This document shows positions 25,939 to 37,652 of a stretch of 64,000 nucleotides of DNA, piece by piece. Made by a program: the position numbers and the translations under genes. Under the pieces are notes generated by a model. That model worked only from the letters and a program-made list of their open reading frames with translations. It did not search any database and had not been told where the DNA came from. The DNA lies in assembly GCF_963921235.1 (NCBI RefSeq), contig NC_086108.1, forward strand, positions 63,924,001-63,988,000, written 5' to 3'. The number at the start of each line of letters is the position of its first letter. Positions within the stretch are counted from its first letter, which is position 1. Source of the DNA: Mobula hypostoma (lineage: Eukaryota).

Positions 25939-27621
25939 CTGTCAAAGAATATTCTGATTTTTCACTGCTTACTTTTAAAAAATATCATTTTCAAGATTCT
26001 GCTAAAATTCATAAAAGCAGAGTACCAAACGCTTCACTTCAAGAAGGAAACCTTCACTTTAAAACTGAACTGAGAATGTTTCAATCAGTTATTCAATATC
26101 CCAATATTTTAAGTGCAAAACACATTCACATTTTCCAAAGGAATAATGGGTATCAAACATTACTTTGGTCCTAGTTATGAAGATTAACTTCATGAATGGG
26201 TATGAGTAAGTAAATTGAAAGCTACAAAACTTCAGTTATTTTTTACTATTGTGATAATTTTGTTTTCTGCTGTCACTTAGGTTCTTATCATCAAGAGTAG
26301 AAATAATTTTTTGCCAGAATGTGTAATCTCCTCAACACAATTACACATATTAGAGTTTTAACAAGAGGATTCCATCATTCATTTAAGTCATTTAAAAGAC
26401 TGATAGAGAGAGAAAACGTTCCATCAACCTGAAATGTTAACTCATTTTTTCTTTTGGCAGACAATGTCTAACCTACCGAATATTTCCAGTATCTTATGAT
26501 TTACTTCAGATTTTCAGGTATGGAGGGATACAAATTAACCATTCTGTGCTTATATCATTTGTAATCTCATTGCTAATCAATCCTCATTTTAGGAAGGGTT
26601 AAAGTATGCAGAAGATGTATTACAAAGAAGGTAAATTCAATGGCTGCATAAAATCATGTTAAAACCTCTTAATAACCGCTTGGATACTGCAGCAGGAAAA
26701 CAACAAATGCAGAACATCTTTCAATTAGAGCAATACTGACTAACAGCTCGCTACTGACTAACAGCTCGCATTCCCTGTGTAACAAACTAACGATGTACAT
26801 TGATGTTTCTCACAATGGCTAGGGAAATATCTTTACATGAGACAGGGCAACAGAAAATTAATTACAAACCTGTATCATTTCCAGCCTTGACATTCAATTA
26901 CCATGCAAGGTAAAGCTGCCTCATTCAATGAGAATACCAATTAACCCTAAGAAAAAATGTTGACACACACTTTTTTTTTTAAAAAGGGTGCTGCAATGTG
27001 TGTCATACATTGACCCAACAGGCAATCATTTTCACAAATACCTTTTCAGAAGTCATTCAATAAAAGACGATCCTTTGGATTCTTCAAAACACTTGCCTAT
27101 AGATTTTATTCCATACCTTAGGTTTCTTTTCTCTTTAATTATTCTACTTCAATCACAGCAGAGGTTAATAAGTTGAGACACTTTGTAAAACATTCCAAAA
27201 ACATTCACAATTCTTGTCTCATCAAATTCTTTAACTGCCCTTTACCTCTTAATGTCACTGCAAGCAGTTATCTTCTGCCACCACAGTGAACTTCCTGTAC
27301 CTATTTAAGTTTTGCTGCTGGCAAGGAAGTAAGGAGAAAATAACTGTTTAATGGACCGCATCAAATGAGGGCTGGGTAGTAAGGAAATGTGGATCGTTAA
27401 ATAAATCAATTGAGAGTAGAGTTTTACAGATTTCTGTTGGAAATCAGGGAATTACCACAGAAGGTTAAATAGTTGGAAATAGTCCATTTGACTGTACTTT
27501 GTGTATAGTTGGTAGAAAAAATGCTCTGAATTACAGACTAAAAATCTCAGTCAATACTTTCTTAATAATAAGCTATCACATTTAAATTTACACACTCCTT
27601 TGATTAACTTGAAATAAGTAC

Positions 27622-27821
27622 CTGAAGTGGAAATCTGCTCCTTTGATCTCTGACCTCTACTCTAATTGGAATGTAGTCAGTCTCAGGAGAGGGTGGACTG
27701 AGATGCTGATACTTCAGTCCCATTGATAAGAAATCTTCACAGTTAGTCTTTAAGAATCGCATTTCTTTAATACCAGAGGGGCACACCTTGCTGTTGGGAC
27801 ATGAACCTCCAGCCTGTCTTA
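27622..27821 (-). CDS. frem1: FREM1-family coding exon 4 (200 nt)
   Basis: Acceptor ttcttcag|TA (phase 1); VRQAGGSCPNSKVCPSG..CEDFLSMGLKYQHLSPPSPETDYI..FPLQ; donor CAG|GTACTT. Confidence 0.9.
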
Positions 27822-28052
27822 CTGAAGAATTAAAATTGTCAATAGCACTTAATGCACAGTAACATAAATAACAATTTTCATGATTGAATAGATGCATGTG
27901 GTTAATGTATCTGCATATTATTTACTATAATTATGCAAATTTTCTTCCAGATTTTCCCCAAATCTCTTTATTTAATTGCCATCTACTGAGTATCATATGA
28001 TCCCGGTAAATATTTCCTGTTCTTCAGAAAATATAATTTAAATGGCAAATAC

Positions 28053-28345
28053 CTTTTGTAGTATGTTGCTTCTGTGCAGTTCCAAGGTGGCCAGCATCAT
28101 GAATAACCAGCTGGCCATGGGCTGGAAGGAGAACTTCAGTTGATAGGATTGTTACTGTACAAATTTCACCTACTTTGTTTACATTGTACTTAAAAGATAC
28201 AACACTTTTGTCAATGGGATTTGATATTCCATAAAATTGTTGCACCTGAAGCCCAACTAATCCAAACCTGATGAGACTGGATATAGGTTCTGTAATTTTC
28301 ACGTTCAAAAAAAATGTTTCCATAGAAGTCTGGGATTCAGTGAAT
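28053..28345 (-). CDS. frem1: FREM1-family coding exon 3 (293 nt)
   Basis: Acceptor ctttcag|A; FTESQTSMETFFLNVKITEP..FYGISNPIDK..LPAHGQLV..HTTK; donor G|GTATTT, phase 1. Confidence 0.92.
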
Positions 28346-28589
28346 CTGAAAGTTAAAAGAAATAAGTTAAATGTTAGTCATCTGTACACCTTCTGCCTTC
28401 TAATTAGTGAAGTACCATGTCCCTAAAGACATCGTTATTGACCAAGTGAAATCAGCAATTTTAGAGTTTCAGCATCTAAGTGCAATCTTAATCTGTAACT
28501 ACACTAATATGTGGCTTCAAACACACCGAAGTGCAAAGTCAGTATTTGTAATCCATCCCAAACTGTTTCTGAGTGGCGTGCTGAGTACT

Positions 28590-30340
28590 CAGTAATAGCA
28601 TCCCCTCAAATCTAATCAATAAGCTTCAAGAAGTTGATCTCAATACCTCCTTGTTTAATTGGATCTTTGATTTCCTCACTTACAAAACTCAGTCATTTCG
28701 GATTGGGGAAAAAAAGTCCTCCAAAATCTCCATCAGCACAGGTGCACCACAAGGCTGTGAGCCTAGTGCCCTCCTCTACCTGCGATCTACGAGGGGTGAT
28801 TGATAAATTCGTGGCCTAAGGTAGAAGGAGCCAGTTTTAGAAAACCTAGCACATTTATTTTTCAACATAGTCCCCTCTTACATTTACACACTTAGTCCAG
28901 CGGTCGTGGAGCATACGGATCCCTTCTTTGTAGAAGTTGGCGTCTTGGACCTCTAGAAAGTGGTTCACAGCAGGGGTGATTGATAAGTTTGTGGCCTAAG
29001 GTAGAAGGAGATGAGTTATTAACTTCAAGTTTTCTGCATAATCACTCAAAGAGTTGAACTGCATGTGCATGTAACGAGAGCTGTATAACTCATCTCCTTC
29101 TACCTTAGGCTACGAACTTATCAATCACCCCTGCTGTCGACCACTTTCTGGAGGTCCAAGATGCTGACTTCTACAAAGAAGAGTTCTACATGCTCCACGA
29201 CCGCTGGACTAAGTGTGTAGATGTAGGAGGGGACTATGTTGAAAAATGAATGTGCTAGGTTTTCTAAAATCGACTCCTTCTACCTTAGGCCATAAACTTA
29301 TCAATCACCCCTTGTATTAATAAGAGTATGGCTAACCAGAGCTCCAATGCTACATTTAAGTTTACTTATGATGCCACTGTTTTTGGCCGAGTCCAAGGTA
29401 GTAACAAATCACCATGCAGGAAGGAGATAGAAAATCCAGCTGAGTGGTACCACAGCAACCCCTCACTTAATAGCAGCAATACAAAAGGAACTGATTATTA
29501 ACTTCAGGAGGAGGAAACCAGATGTCGATGAGCCAGCGCTCATCGGGGGATCAGAGGTGGAGAGGGTCAGCAACTTTAAATTCCTTGGGTTATCTTTTCA
29601 AAGGGCCTGTCCTAGGTCCAGCACATAAGTGCAATTACGAAGAAAGCACAGCAGTGCTTCTATTTCTTTCAAAGTTTGTGAAGATTTGGCATGACATCTA
29701 AAATTTCGACAAACTTTTATAGATGTGTGGTGAAGAGTATATAGACTGGTTGCATCACATTCTGGTATGGAAACACCAATACCCTTGAACAGAAAATCCT
29801 ACAAAACCTAGTGGATACGGTCCAGTCCATCATGGATAAAGCCCTCTCCACCAGTGAGAACATCTACATGGACTGCTGTTACAGGAAGGCAGCTTCTATC
29901 ATCCAGGACCCCCACCACCCAGGCCACTCCCTCTTCTCATTGTTCTCATCAGGAAGATACAGGGACCTCAGGAGCCACACCAGCAGGTTAGAAACATTTA
30001 TTACCTTTTGAACCAGTAGGGATGACTTCACTCAGCTTCTCTCACCCCATCACTGAACTGTTCCCACAATTTATGGACTCACTTTTAAAGATTCTTCATC
30101 TCATGTTCTCAATATTTATTGTTTATTTTTTTTTTGTATTATTTTTATTATTTATTTTGTATTTGCACAGTTTGTCTTTTACACAGCGGTTGTTTTTTCC
30201 ATCCTGTTGGGTGCAGTCTTTTATTGAGTCTATTGTGTTTCTTAGATTTACTGTGCATGCCCACAAGAAAATGAAGCCCAGGGTTGTATATGCTGACATA
30301 TATGTACTTTGATAATGCATCTATTTTGAACCTTGAACCT
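28590..30340 (+). mobile_element. Rex1/Babar-like LINE 3' part, interrupted by the mariner MITE
   Basis: GAPQG region before the MITE and degenerate KFADD region after it; WYGN, KAASIIQDPHHPGHSLFSL; tail tttgaaccttgaaccttga. Confidence 0.82.
28790..29314. mobile_element. Palindromic mariner-derived MITE (525 bp, TA target duplication)
   Basis: TA|cgaggggtgattgataa..ttatcaatcaccccttg|TA. Both arms encode a mariner transposase C-terminus (left arm EVQDANFYKEGIRMLHDRWTKCVNVRGDYVEK*). Confidence 0.92.
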
Positions 30341-30689
30341 TGAGTCATTTCATAGAACTAGTAACATTACTGTGTAACTGGAAGTCATAGAAAGTTCAGG
30401 CAATAGATTTTCTTTCCTGAGGAAGCCAAAGTGAGTAATATTGTCAAGTTTTAATTTCAAAGTTATTTAATGAATAAATTCCCAGTTGTTATAATGGAAT
30501 TTGAACCCACAACTCCACATTATAGGTGGTCCTTTCAGTTTACTAATATTATAACTTTAATGCCATACACCGAAGGGTCATTGCTAGCAACATATAAGCT
30601 ATCAGTGGCTGCCTGAAATGAAGGGAAGTTTATACTTGACACAAAACACAATCCTTTGATCCAATAAGCATTTTTATCTGAAAAGTTAT

Positions 30690-31018
30690 GATTAGGTTAG
30701 CTTTGTTTGTTACATGTACATCAAATCATTGATTCAGTGAAATAGGTCATTTTGCGTCAACAACCAACTTAGTTCGAATAAGTGCTGGGAGCAACCCGGA
30801 TGTGTCACCATGCTTCCAGTGCCAATATAACGTGGCCACAATTTGCTAACCCTTCCTGATCTGTATGTCTTTGGAATGTAGGAGGAAGGCTGAACACCCG
30901 GGGAAAACCCACACGATCACAGGAAGAACATATAAACTCCTTACAGACAGTGGCTGGATTTGACCCTGATTGCTGGTGCTGTAAAGCTTTTTCCTAGCCG
31001 CTATACTACTGTGCCTCC
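30690..31018 (-). mobile_element. tRNA-derived V-SINE (HE1-like) copy
   Basis: On the minus strand: tRNA-like head ggcacagtagtatagcgg..gggtcaaatcc, then a V-domain-like gtgtgggttttccccgggtgttc..cctacattccaaagac. Confidence 0.65.
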
Positions 31019-31835
31019 TCTGAAGTTATGTCTCCCTTGTAAGCAGTTCAGATAATGCAATGGTTCACAAGACTGACTAACATAACAACAGTGGCTTAGG
31101 GGATCCAGTGTTAACAAAAATTATGTGGAGGGAGTTAGAGTACTTCAAGTTAGAAACAGTGAAAATCTTTCTCAATGACAAAGAATTGAAGTAGATAATT
31201 TCAGACAAATACAGTGTTTGTTAACTGTCAATATGCAACTTCAAGAGTAGGATGATGTATACAGCATGCCTAAACATCACACCCTCCCTTTTTACACAAA
31301 ATCCACTCTTCCTTTTCAAAGTACCAAAATGATCAAACATTATGTGAACACTGTTAGACAGACTTGCTTAAAAAGAATGAGATGTTGCCTTAAAAGCGAG
31401 AGCCAATCGCGTTTGAAATGCACCAAAGACAGAACTTGTGAATGAAATTAGAACTTAAGTGACACTGTGGTCATACTTCAAGTACACTTGGTTCAATGAC
31501 ACTAATTGCTATGTTGCCGTTTATAATTGAAACAACTTTGAGGTAAGATATAAAAATCTGAATGGCCAGAAAGCAATTGGAAATTATACCTGCATTGAAA
31601 CTTTAGTAGGAATAGTTCTATATTAGTTGAGATTTAAAACTATCAAAGTTTCTAGATGGCTTATACATTTGTAATAACAGCACAGAATTGTTCATTTTCT
31701 AAATAATTGGGAATCTCACCCGTGACTACCCGGTGAGAAATGAAATGCCCCGTGGTGTATCAGCAGGTATAAGAATCAGGCTGAAACAGAGCTACATTGT
31801 TGGAGGTAAGAAATGGGAGTTTTACTGCTAAAGTT

Positions 31836-32375
31836 CTGCAGCACACACAAAATGTTGGAGAAAATCAGTGGTCAGGCAGCATCGATGAGGGAGATAAACA
31901 GTTGATGTTTTAAGCCAAGATTCTTCATCAGGACTGAAAAGGAAGGGTGCAGAAGCCAAAATAATAAGGTAGGGAGGGGAAGGAGTACAAGCCAGCAGGT
32001 GATGGGTAAGACCAGTTGAGGGAGAAGAGGTAAAGGGCTGAAGAAGGAATCTGATAGGAGAGAATTGTGGAATAAAGCAAAGGAGGTGGGGAACTGCGGG
32101 AGGTAATTGACAGGTCATTAGGGCAAGGAAGGAGAAGGAAAGGCCACCAAAATGGAGGAAAAGCAAATGGGAGAAGGAGGAAACAGTGGTAAGTGGTTAC
32201 CAGAAGCTAGAAAAATTATTGTTAATGTCATCAGATTGGAGACAACCCATACGGTATGACGTGTTGTTCCTCCAATCCAACCTGCATTTGGCTTCATTGT
32301 GGCAGTGGAGCAGCTGTGGACAGACATGTCAGTGTGGGAATAGGAAGTCAAGTTGAAATGGGTAGACACTGGGAA
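31836..32375 (-). mobile_element. Penelope-like element 3' fragment (GIY-YIG C-terminus and terminal repeat)
   Basis: THFNLTSYSHTDMSVH remnant, a pyrimidine-rich UTR and cagtcctgatgaag..aaac motif. Confidence 0.75.
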
Positions 32376-32571
32376 TACTAAAGTTCACCTTGGTGCTGCT
32401 AGTGAAAGCATAAAATGGTACTTGTTAATTTCTTTATTGACACTAGCATCTTTTGAGGAGCTGAGGAGTGGGTGTGGATAAGGTTTCGGGTCAACTAAGC
32501 ATGCAACTAATTTCAAGGTATAAAAAAAGATAACGGATGGTTCTGTTCTCTGAACTTGGAGCTACAAATAC

Positions 32572-33933
32572 TACTACGTTGACTCAGGCCTAGGGGGCCA
32601 GCGTTGGGCACGATGATAGACTCTCCACTTCTCCCACTCCCTCATCAGTGTGTTCAGTTCATCTACATTTGCCACGCCGCTGTCTTCTAGGAGTGTGTTG
32701 ACCATTGTCTTGGGAGGGTGCCCAGGGTTCATCCTCCCGTGCTTGGGCTCCCATATGATGACTAGGCTGGCAGGTAGCTCGGGGTGGCGTAGACAGTGCC
32801 CCGCTAGTTGCAGTCTTCTCGCCTCAATTTTAGTGGAGAGCATCGGTAGGTTGTCATAGAGCTCAACGTTCATCACGTGCTGTTGCCAACTCACATCAAG
32901 AGCCATCCGGAGCATTCGTGTATAGCAACCATCTAGAGACTTCCACATCATCTTGGTGAGTGTCCACGTCTCGCATCCGTACGTGAGAATGGACTCTATG
33001 ACGGCTATGAAAATCCTCTTTTTAAGCTCTCTGGTCAGGTTCGACTTCCAGATTTCCTTCATGTCGTTCATAGCCCTCCACACCAGCACCTTCCATATCT
33101 TTATGTCCTTCTCCGAACTCATCATTCTTGACCCGAGGTACTTGTAGTCAAAGACTTTCTTAATGGTATCATTCTCTACGATCTTCAGAGTACCTTCGAC
33201 GCAGTTAAACACCATGTACTCTGTCTTTTTAGCATTTAGGTGAAGTCCAACTTTATAGCACTCAATTTCCACTTTTGTCAGCAGCTGCTGTGCCTCCTCC
33301 ATCTGGTCAAAGAGCAGAACTATGTCATCTGCAAAATCGAGATCTGTGACCCTTTTGGTTCGCCCTGGTTTTATGGTAAAACCAAGCTTGTTATGATCTT
33401 TGGTAGCTTGACGCAGAGCGTAATCAAGGATGATTATAAAGATGTAGGGTGCCAGAGTGTCTCCTTGCAGCACACCAGCTAGGAGCTCGAACACTGCTGT
33501 TTCTCCGTCCGGCGATACAACTTTCGCCATGGTTTTGGTATAGCTGGACCCTATTGCTCTCAGTAGATGGTCTGGCACTCCATAAGCTTTCAGGATCTTC
33601 AGCATTTTATCTCAGTGAATGGAGTCAAAAGCTTTGCGAAAACCGATGTAAGTAAGCACGGCTGGTAGGTTGTTCTTCTTGACTTCCTCGATGATCCTAC
33701 AGAGAGCAAGTATTTGCATTACAGTTGTGTGCTTCTGCCAAAAACCATTCTGATTGAATCTTAGCTTAGGGTCAATGCGGTGCGAATCCTGTTCAAGATC
33801 ATCCGATTGTATAACTTTGATAAGATGCAGGTCAAGCTGATACTGCGGTAGTTATCTGCCTTTGTGAGGGATCCAGACTTGGGGACTGGGATAATGTTTG
33901 AGAGTGACCACTGTTCTGGTTTGTCGCCTTTAA
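32572..33933 (-). mobile_element. Young 5'-truncated RTE-group LINE with 10-bp TSD
   Basis: 343-aa open RT C-terminal ORF (GVLQGDTLAP, DFADD, YKYLGS, YGCETWTLTK). ctacaaatac occurs at 32562-32571 and 33934-33943. Confidence 0.9.
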
Positions 33934-34111
33934 CTACAAATACACAGTATGGTTAATGTACTGAGTACACATATTCCTTATCCAATTTCAACCTATCCAG
34001 TGCTGTCCCATCTTCACACTTCAATCTTGGAAATTTAAGCATATCTGAGTTAGTCATAAATGATTGAGTGAAAAGTTCATTCTAAAGATAAAACACAATT
34101 ATTTAGATTAC

Positions 34112-34206
34112 CTGTAAACTCTTAACATCACATTATCCTCCTTGAGTAATGGGCAGCCATTATGAGTGTACTTCACCTCATAGGGGAGGAAATGACAGTC
34201 AAAAAC
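34112..34206 (-). CDS. frem1: FREM1-family coding exon 2 (95 nt; missed by the ORF track)
   Basis: Acceptor tttgaacag|GTT; translates [31 protein letters not shown](R); donor AG|GTAATC, phase 2. Confidence 0.95.
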
Positions 34207-37130
34207 CTGTTCAAAAATAGCCATTAGTGAGCATTTTTTGTTTTTATTTTTCATCAACATCACTATTAATTTAATTTCAATTTTAACGAGCTTAGAACTT
34301 TAGATATTTGGTTCAAACATTTTTATCACTGAGTATTCTGTTTAACAGTAAAAATAGCAAAGATATGACTCAATATTTTGTATTTCAACCTCACTTTCTC
34401 ACTTCACTCTTATATTCTTTAATAACCCAAATTTCTTCATGTCCATAATCTGTTCCATTTAAGGGACAACTGTAAGTTTCTGCAGAAAAGGATTTCTCAT
34501 GATCCCGAAATTGAGTATTTGCCTTAATTCAGTCTGAGATGGAATGGTCAGAATCAGTAGAACCAATTTATCTCAAAGGATGGTGGGCGCTAGGATTCAC
34601 ATATATGTATTGTAGATGCATTTTCATTTTCTTTAAAAGAAAGCTTAGTGAAGGCAGAACAGGGAACAGTGACATGATCTCAGATTTGACTCTTTAGTAT
34701 TAAGCATTCCCAGGTCAAGTAGATCATCAGTTGCAATTTAGATAAAATGGGAAACTTCTGTAATGAGTATTATTTATCATAATGCAGCAGAAGGCCATTT
34801 GGCCCCTGTTGGATTCCATCAATCCAATTACACCTCTTATTATTCTATGCAGCCTCATCAATCTAACAACTTTTTTTTATTATTCCCTACTATCTTGTAA
34901 TTTATTCTCTCTCATGTGCTTATCATCACCCTTTTTGATTCTTTTTATTGCTACTCACCTTCACCAAGGGGAATTTACAACAGCCAGTTGATCAATGCCT
35001 TACTTAGGCCTTAGTTGATGTAGTAGTAGTAGTAGTTGATCTATCAGCATACCTTTGCGATGTAGGGCACAGGGCAGAAGCTCATGCAGCTGCAGGGAGA
35101 AAGGACAACCTCCACACAGACTGCCGCAGAGATTAACTGCTCGCCCGTGCACCATGATGAATGCTCTATTCAAGCTGATGTTAAGACAGCCACAGCACAA
35201 CATCACAAGTAGATTCTGCTAATACCTTCACCGATGTTGCACAATCTGCCTAGTAATCAGATTTTTATTTTTGTTTACAGGGTTATGTATTTCAATATCA
35301 AGTCGTCGTTGATAATGAAGCATGATCATGACAAGATCAGATCACGTTATTTGGAAATTTCAGTCAGGCAAGTTCTATCTGAGTCACCTTGCTCTCTGAC
35401 ATTTTCTTTTGCATGGGGATGCATGTCACCATGTAACAGTCTCTTTGAAGCATTGCTGTGTATGGTGGAGCATTTTGTCTTGCAGTGCTCATTAAAGAAT
35501 TGAACAAGATAGAAATGGACCCTTTGACCCATATATCCACACCAGCCTTTTTGCCCATCTCCATTATTTGCCTATTTTAAGACTATATCCTTCTATGCCT
35601 TGCCTATTTAAGTGCCATTGTTGGGCACTCCTGGATCCCATGGCCTTATTCCCATAGCACCAATTTGGTAGACCTGAATAATCCCTCCACAACACCATCA
35701 TAACTTTGGGATGTGGTAGGAAACAGAAGCACTCACCACATTAAATGTACCCGCTCAATATCCCTGTTCTCAGGAGGGCCTAGGCCTGCAAAATCATATT
35801 CCATTAAACTCTTTAAATTTCATGTTTTTAAAACACATGGCCCCTAATCTTTTTCCACCCATCGAGGTGCCTTCTTTCTCTCCACTGTTTCCCACTCACC
35901 TTCCAACAACTTAAATGCAGGAGCATCTGCAACATTTTACAATCCCACCAGACCAATGTTGGAACATCATAGACTCTACTTCCACCTTCTCATGTAAAAA
36001 GAATGGCTGCAAGCACCCAAATCCCCCACCTCAGTTTACTCTGTACTACTCATCCCTGGACTAGAAGACCACCATATCTCTCAACTTCATGGCTTCAGTA
36101 ACAATTGGGTCACCGATCTACACTGCCACATCAACTAAGCAGTTGTAGCACGCTCTTATAGCACACTCCTCATTATCTATATTTATTTTACATTATTTTT
36201 CAATTGCATTTACTTTGTGAAGGATGACACAAAGTACACTAATGTTATATTCAAATCTTCTACGCTGTACCTGATGAAATCCTTGTCACGCAATACAAAC
36301 ATACACCAAATTGCACTTTCTGTGTTGTGCTCAACTCCAGATAAGTGCTAACAATTAAGTTAAAATTGAATTCAACTGTCACATCTATCCAAAGTGGCAT
36401 AATGGTTTCTTGATGATCTAAACCTAACCATCCAAAATTAATTTTTTTCTGTTTAGATCCAATGGGGATGATTATCACAGATCCTAAAAGAACAAAGTAA
36501 GTCTGATATTTGTGATATCATTTGTTTTATTTCATAAGTGTAAAAATTGTTTATCTAAATGGCAATCATAGGGAATCTGATTACCAGAAAAAATTATCTT
36601 CTTCTCTAGATACTTGGATGAAATTAATATTTTTATTCATTTAACCGATGTGGCTTTCAGCATTTTATTGCCTATCCTTAATTGTCCTTGAGAAAGTGAT
36701 AGTGATTTGCTTTCTTAAATCTCAGTAGACTTTGAAGAATCTTGATCCAGCAATAGTGAAGGAACAGCAATGTATTTCAAAGTCAGGATAGTAAGCGACT
36801 TGGAGGGTCTCTTCTGGGTCTTAATGTTTCCATGTTTTTGCTGTCCTTGTCCTCCTGGCTAGTTTTAGAAGCTGTTCTCTAAAGAACCTTGGTGAGTTAC
36901 TGCAAATAGTATAACGTACTGCTGCTTCAGTAGCAAAATTTATGAATGGTTCTGGATGGGCTTCCAATCAAGTGGGCTGCAATTAAGCTCCAAAATTTGA
37001 AAATAATGCAACTTGAGAAAACAAATACAACTTGCTTTTTTACCCAAAAATGTACTCAGAGGAAAAACACACATGTTCTTTTGATCTTAGTTTTAAGAAG
37101 AGTGGTTTTAATGAAATTTAGCCCACCTAC

Positions 37131-37388
37131 CTGAGGAGTTAACTTGCCAACACGTTGAGTTACTGGCTCATTCAGAACAACTTCTACCTTGCAGGAATCT
37201 TTAGCCTTAGGTATGTTGAACTGCAGGTCATTATCTGTCACAAATGAATGTTGTCCCCTGCCAACTATAATCCCTCCATTCAGTTGAACAAGTCTATCTG
37301 CTTTTAGTTGTTCAATGCATAATTTTAGCAGTGCCAACAAAATTAGAAACATCTTCATTTGAAAAGATAACTTCTTTAGACCAGTCAT
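37131..37388 (-). CDS. frem1: FREM1-family coding exon 1 (start codon, signal peptide, start of NV domain)
   Basis: MTGLKK..MFLILLALLKLC..KDSCKVEVVLNEPVTQRVGKLTPQ; donor CAG|GTAGGT at 37131/37130, phase 0. Met11 or Met13 could be the true start. Confidence 0.93.
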
Positions 37389-37652
37389 CTTTCAAATAAA
37401 TATCAGATGAGATCAGTGTTTATAAGAATTGTAGGCTAGAAAAATATTAAATACAAGAGTTGTAATATTTTCCCATTTTGTGCAGAAGATCTGGTTGAAA
37501 TAAGATTACTTGCAGGAGAATCCACATGCCTGAAGGCAGTCCAGTAGGGTTAGTAAACTGGGATGTTTTTGAATGTTTGTCATTCGGTTCCCAAGTCCTG
37601 TGTCTCACATGAATATTTTCCTTTTCATCTCAATTTTCACTTCAATTTGCAG
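37389..37652 (-). other. Probable 5' UTR portion of the first coding exon
   Basis: Good acceptor tcatttctcttacag| ending at 37653, with unique non-repeat sequence down to the ATG. A nearer acceptor (tatttttctag, ~37437) is also possible. Confidence 0.45.

Larger units (their letters stand above)
9692..37388 (-). other. frem1: FRAS1-related extracellular matrix protein 1 family gene (FREM1 or frem1b-like paralog), 5' part: signal peptide, NV domain and first CSPG repeats; 3' part lies beyond position 1
   Basis: Nine exons join in one frame (258+95+293+200+324+109+132+345+143 = 1899 nt, 633 codons), all GT-AG. The translation has hallmark FREM1 motifs: [97 protein letters not shown]. Confidence 0.96.

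Noticed and set aside
26734..26769. 18-bp tandem duplication (tactgactaacagctcgc x2); similar ones near 44382 and 55088
   Set aside because: Ordinary slippage duplications with no sign of function.
28790..29314. Recurring ~40-bp motif as a CRISPR-like array
   Set aside because: The copies are two direct and two inverted mariner TIRs with TA flanks; there are no unique spacers or cas genes, and the context is eukaryotic.
30930..31018. tRNA gene
   Set aside because: Degenerate tRNA-like SINE head fused to a SINE body; no intact cloverleaf.
32574..33605. 343-aa RT ORF as a functional reverse-transcriptase system
   Set aside because: A 5'-truncated LINE copy with an in-frame stop upstream; it lacks the endonuclease and the RT N-terminus.
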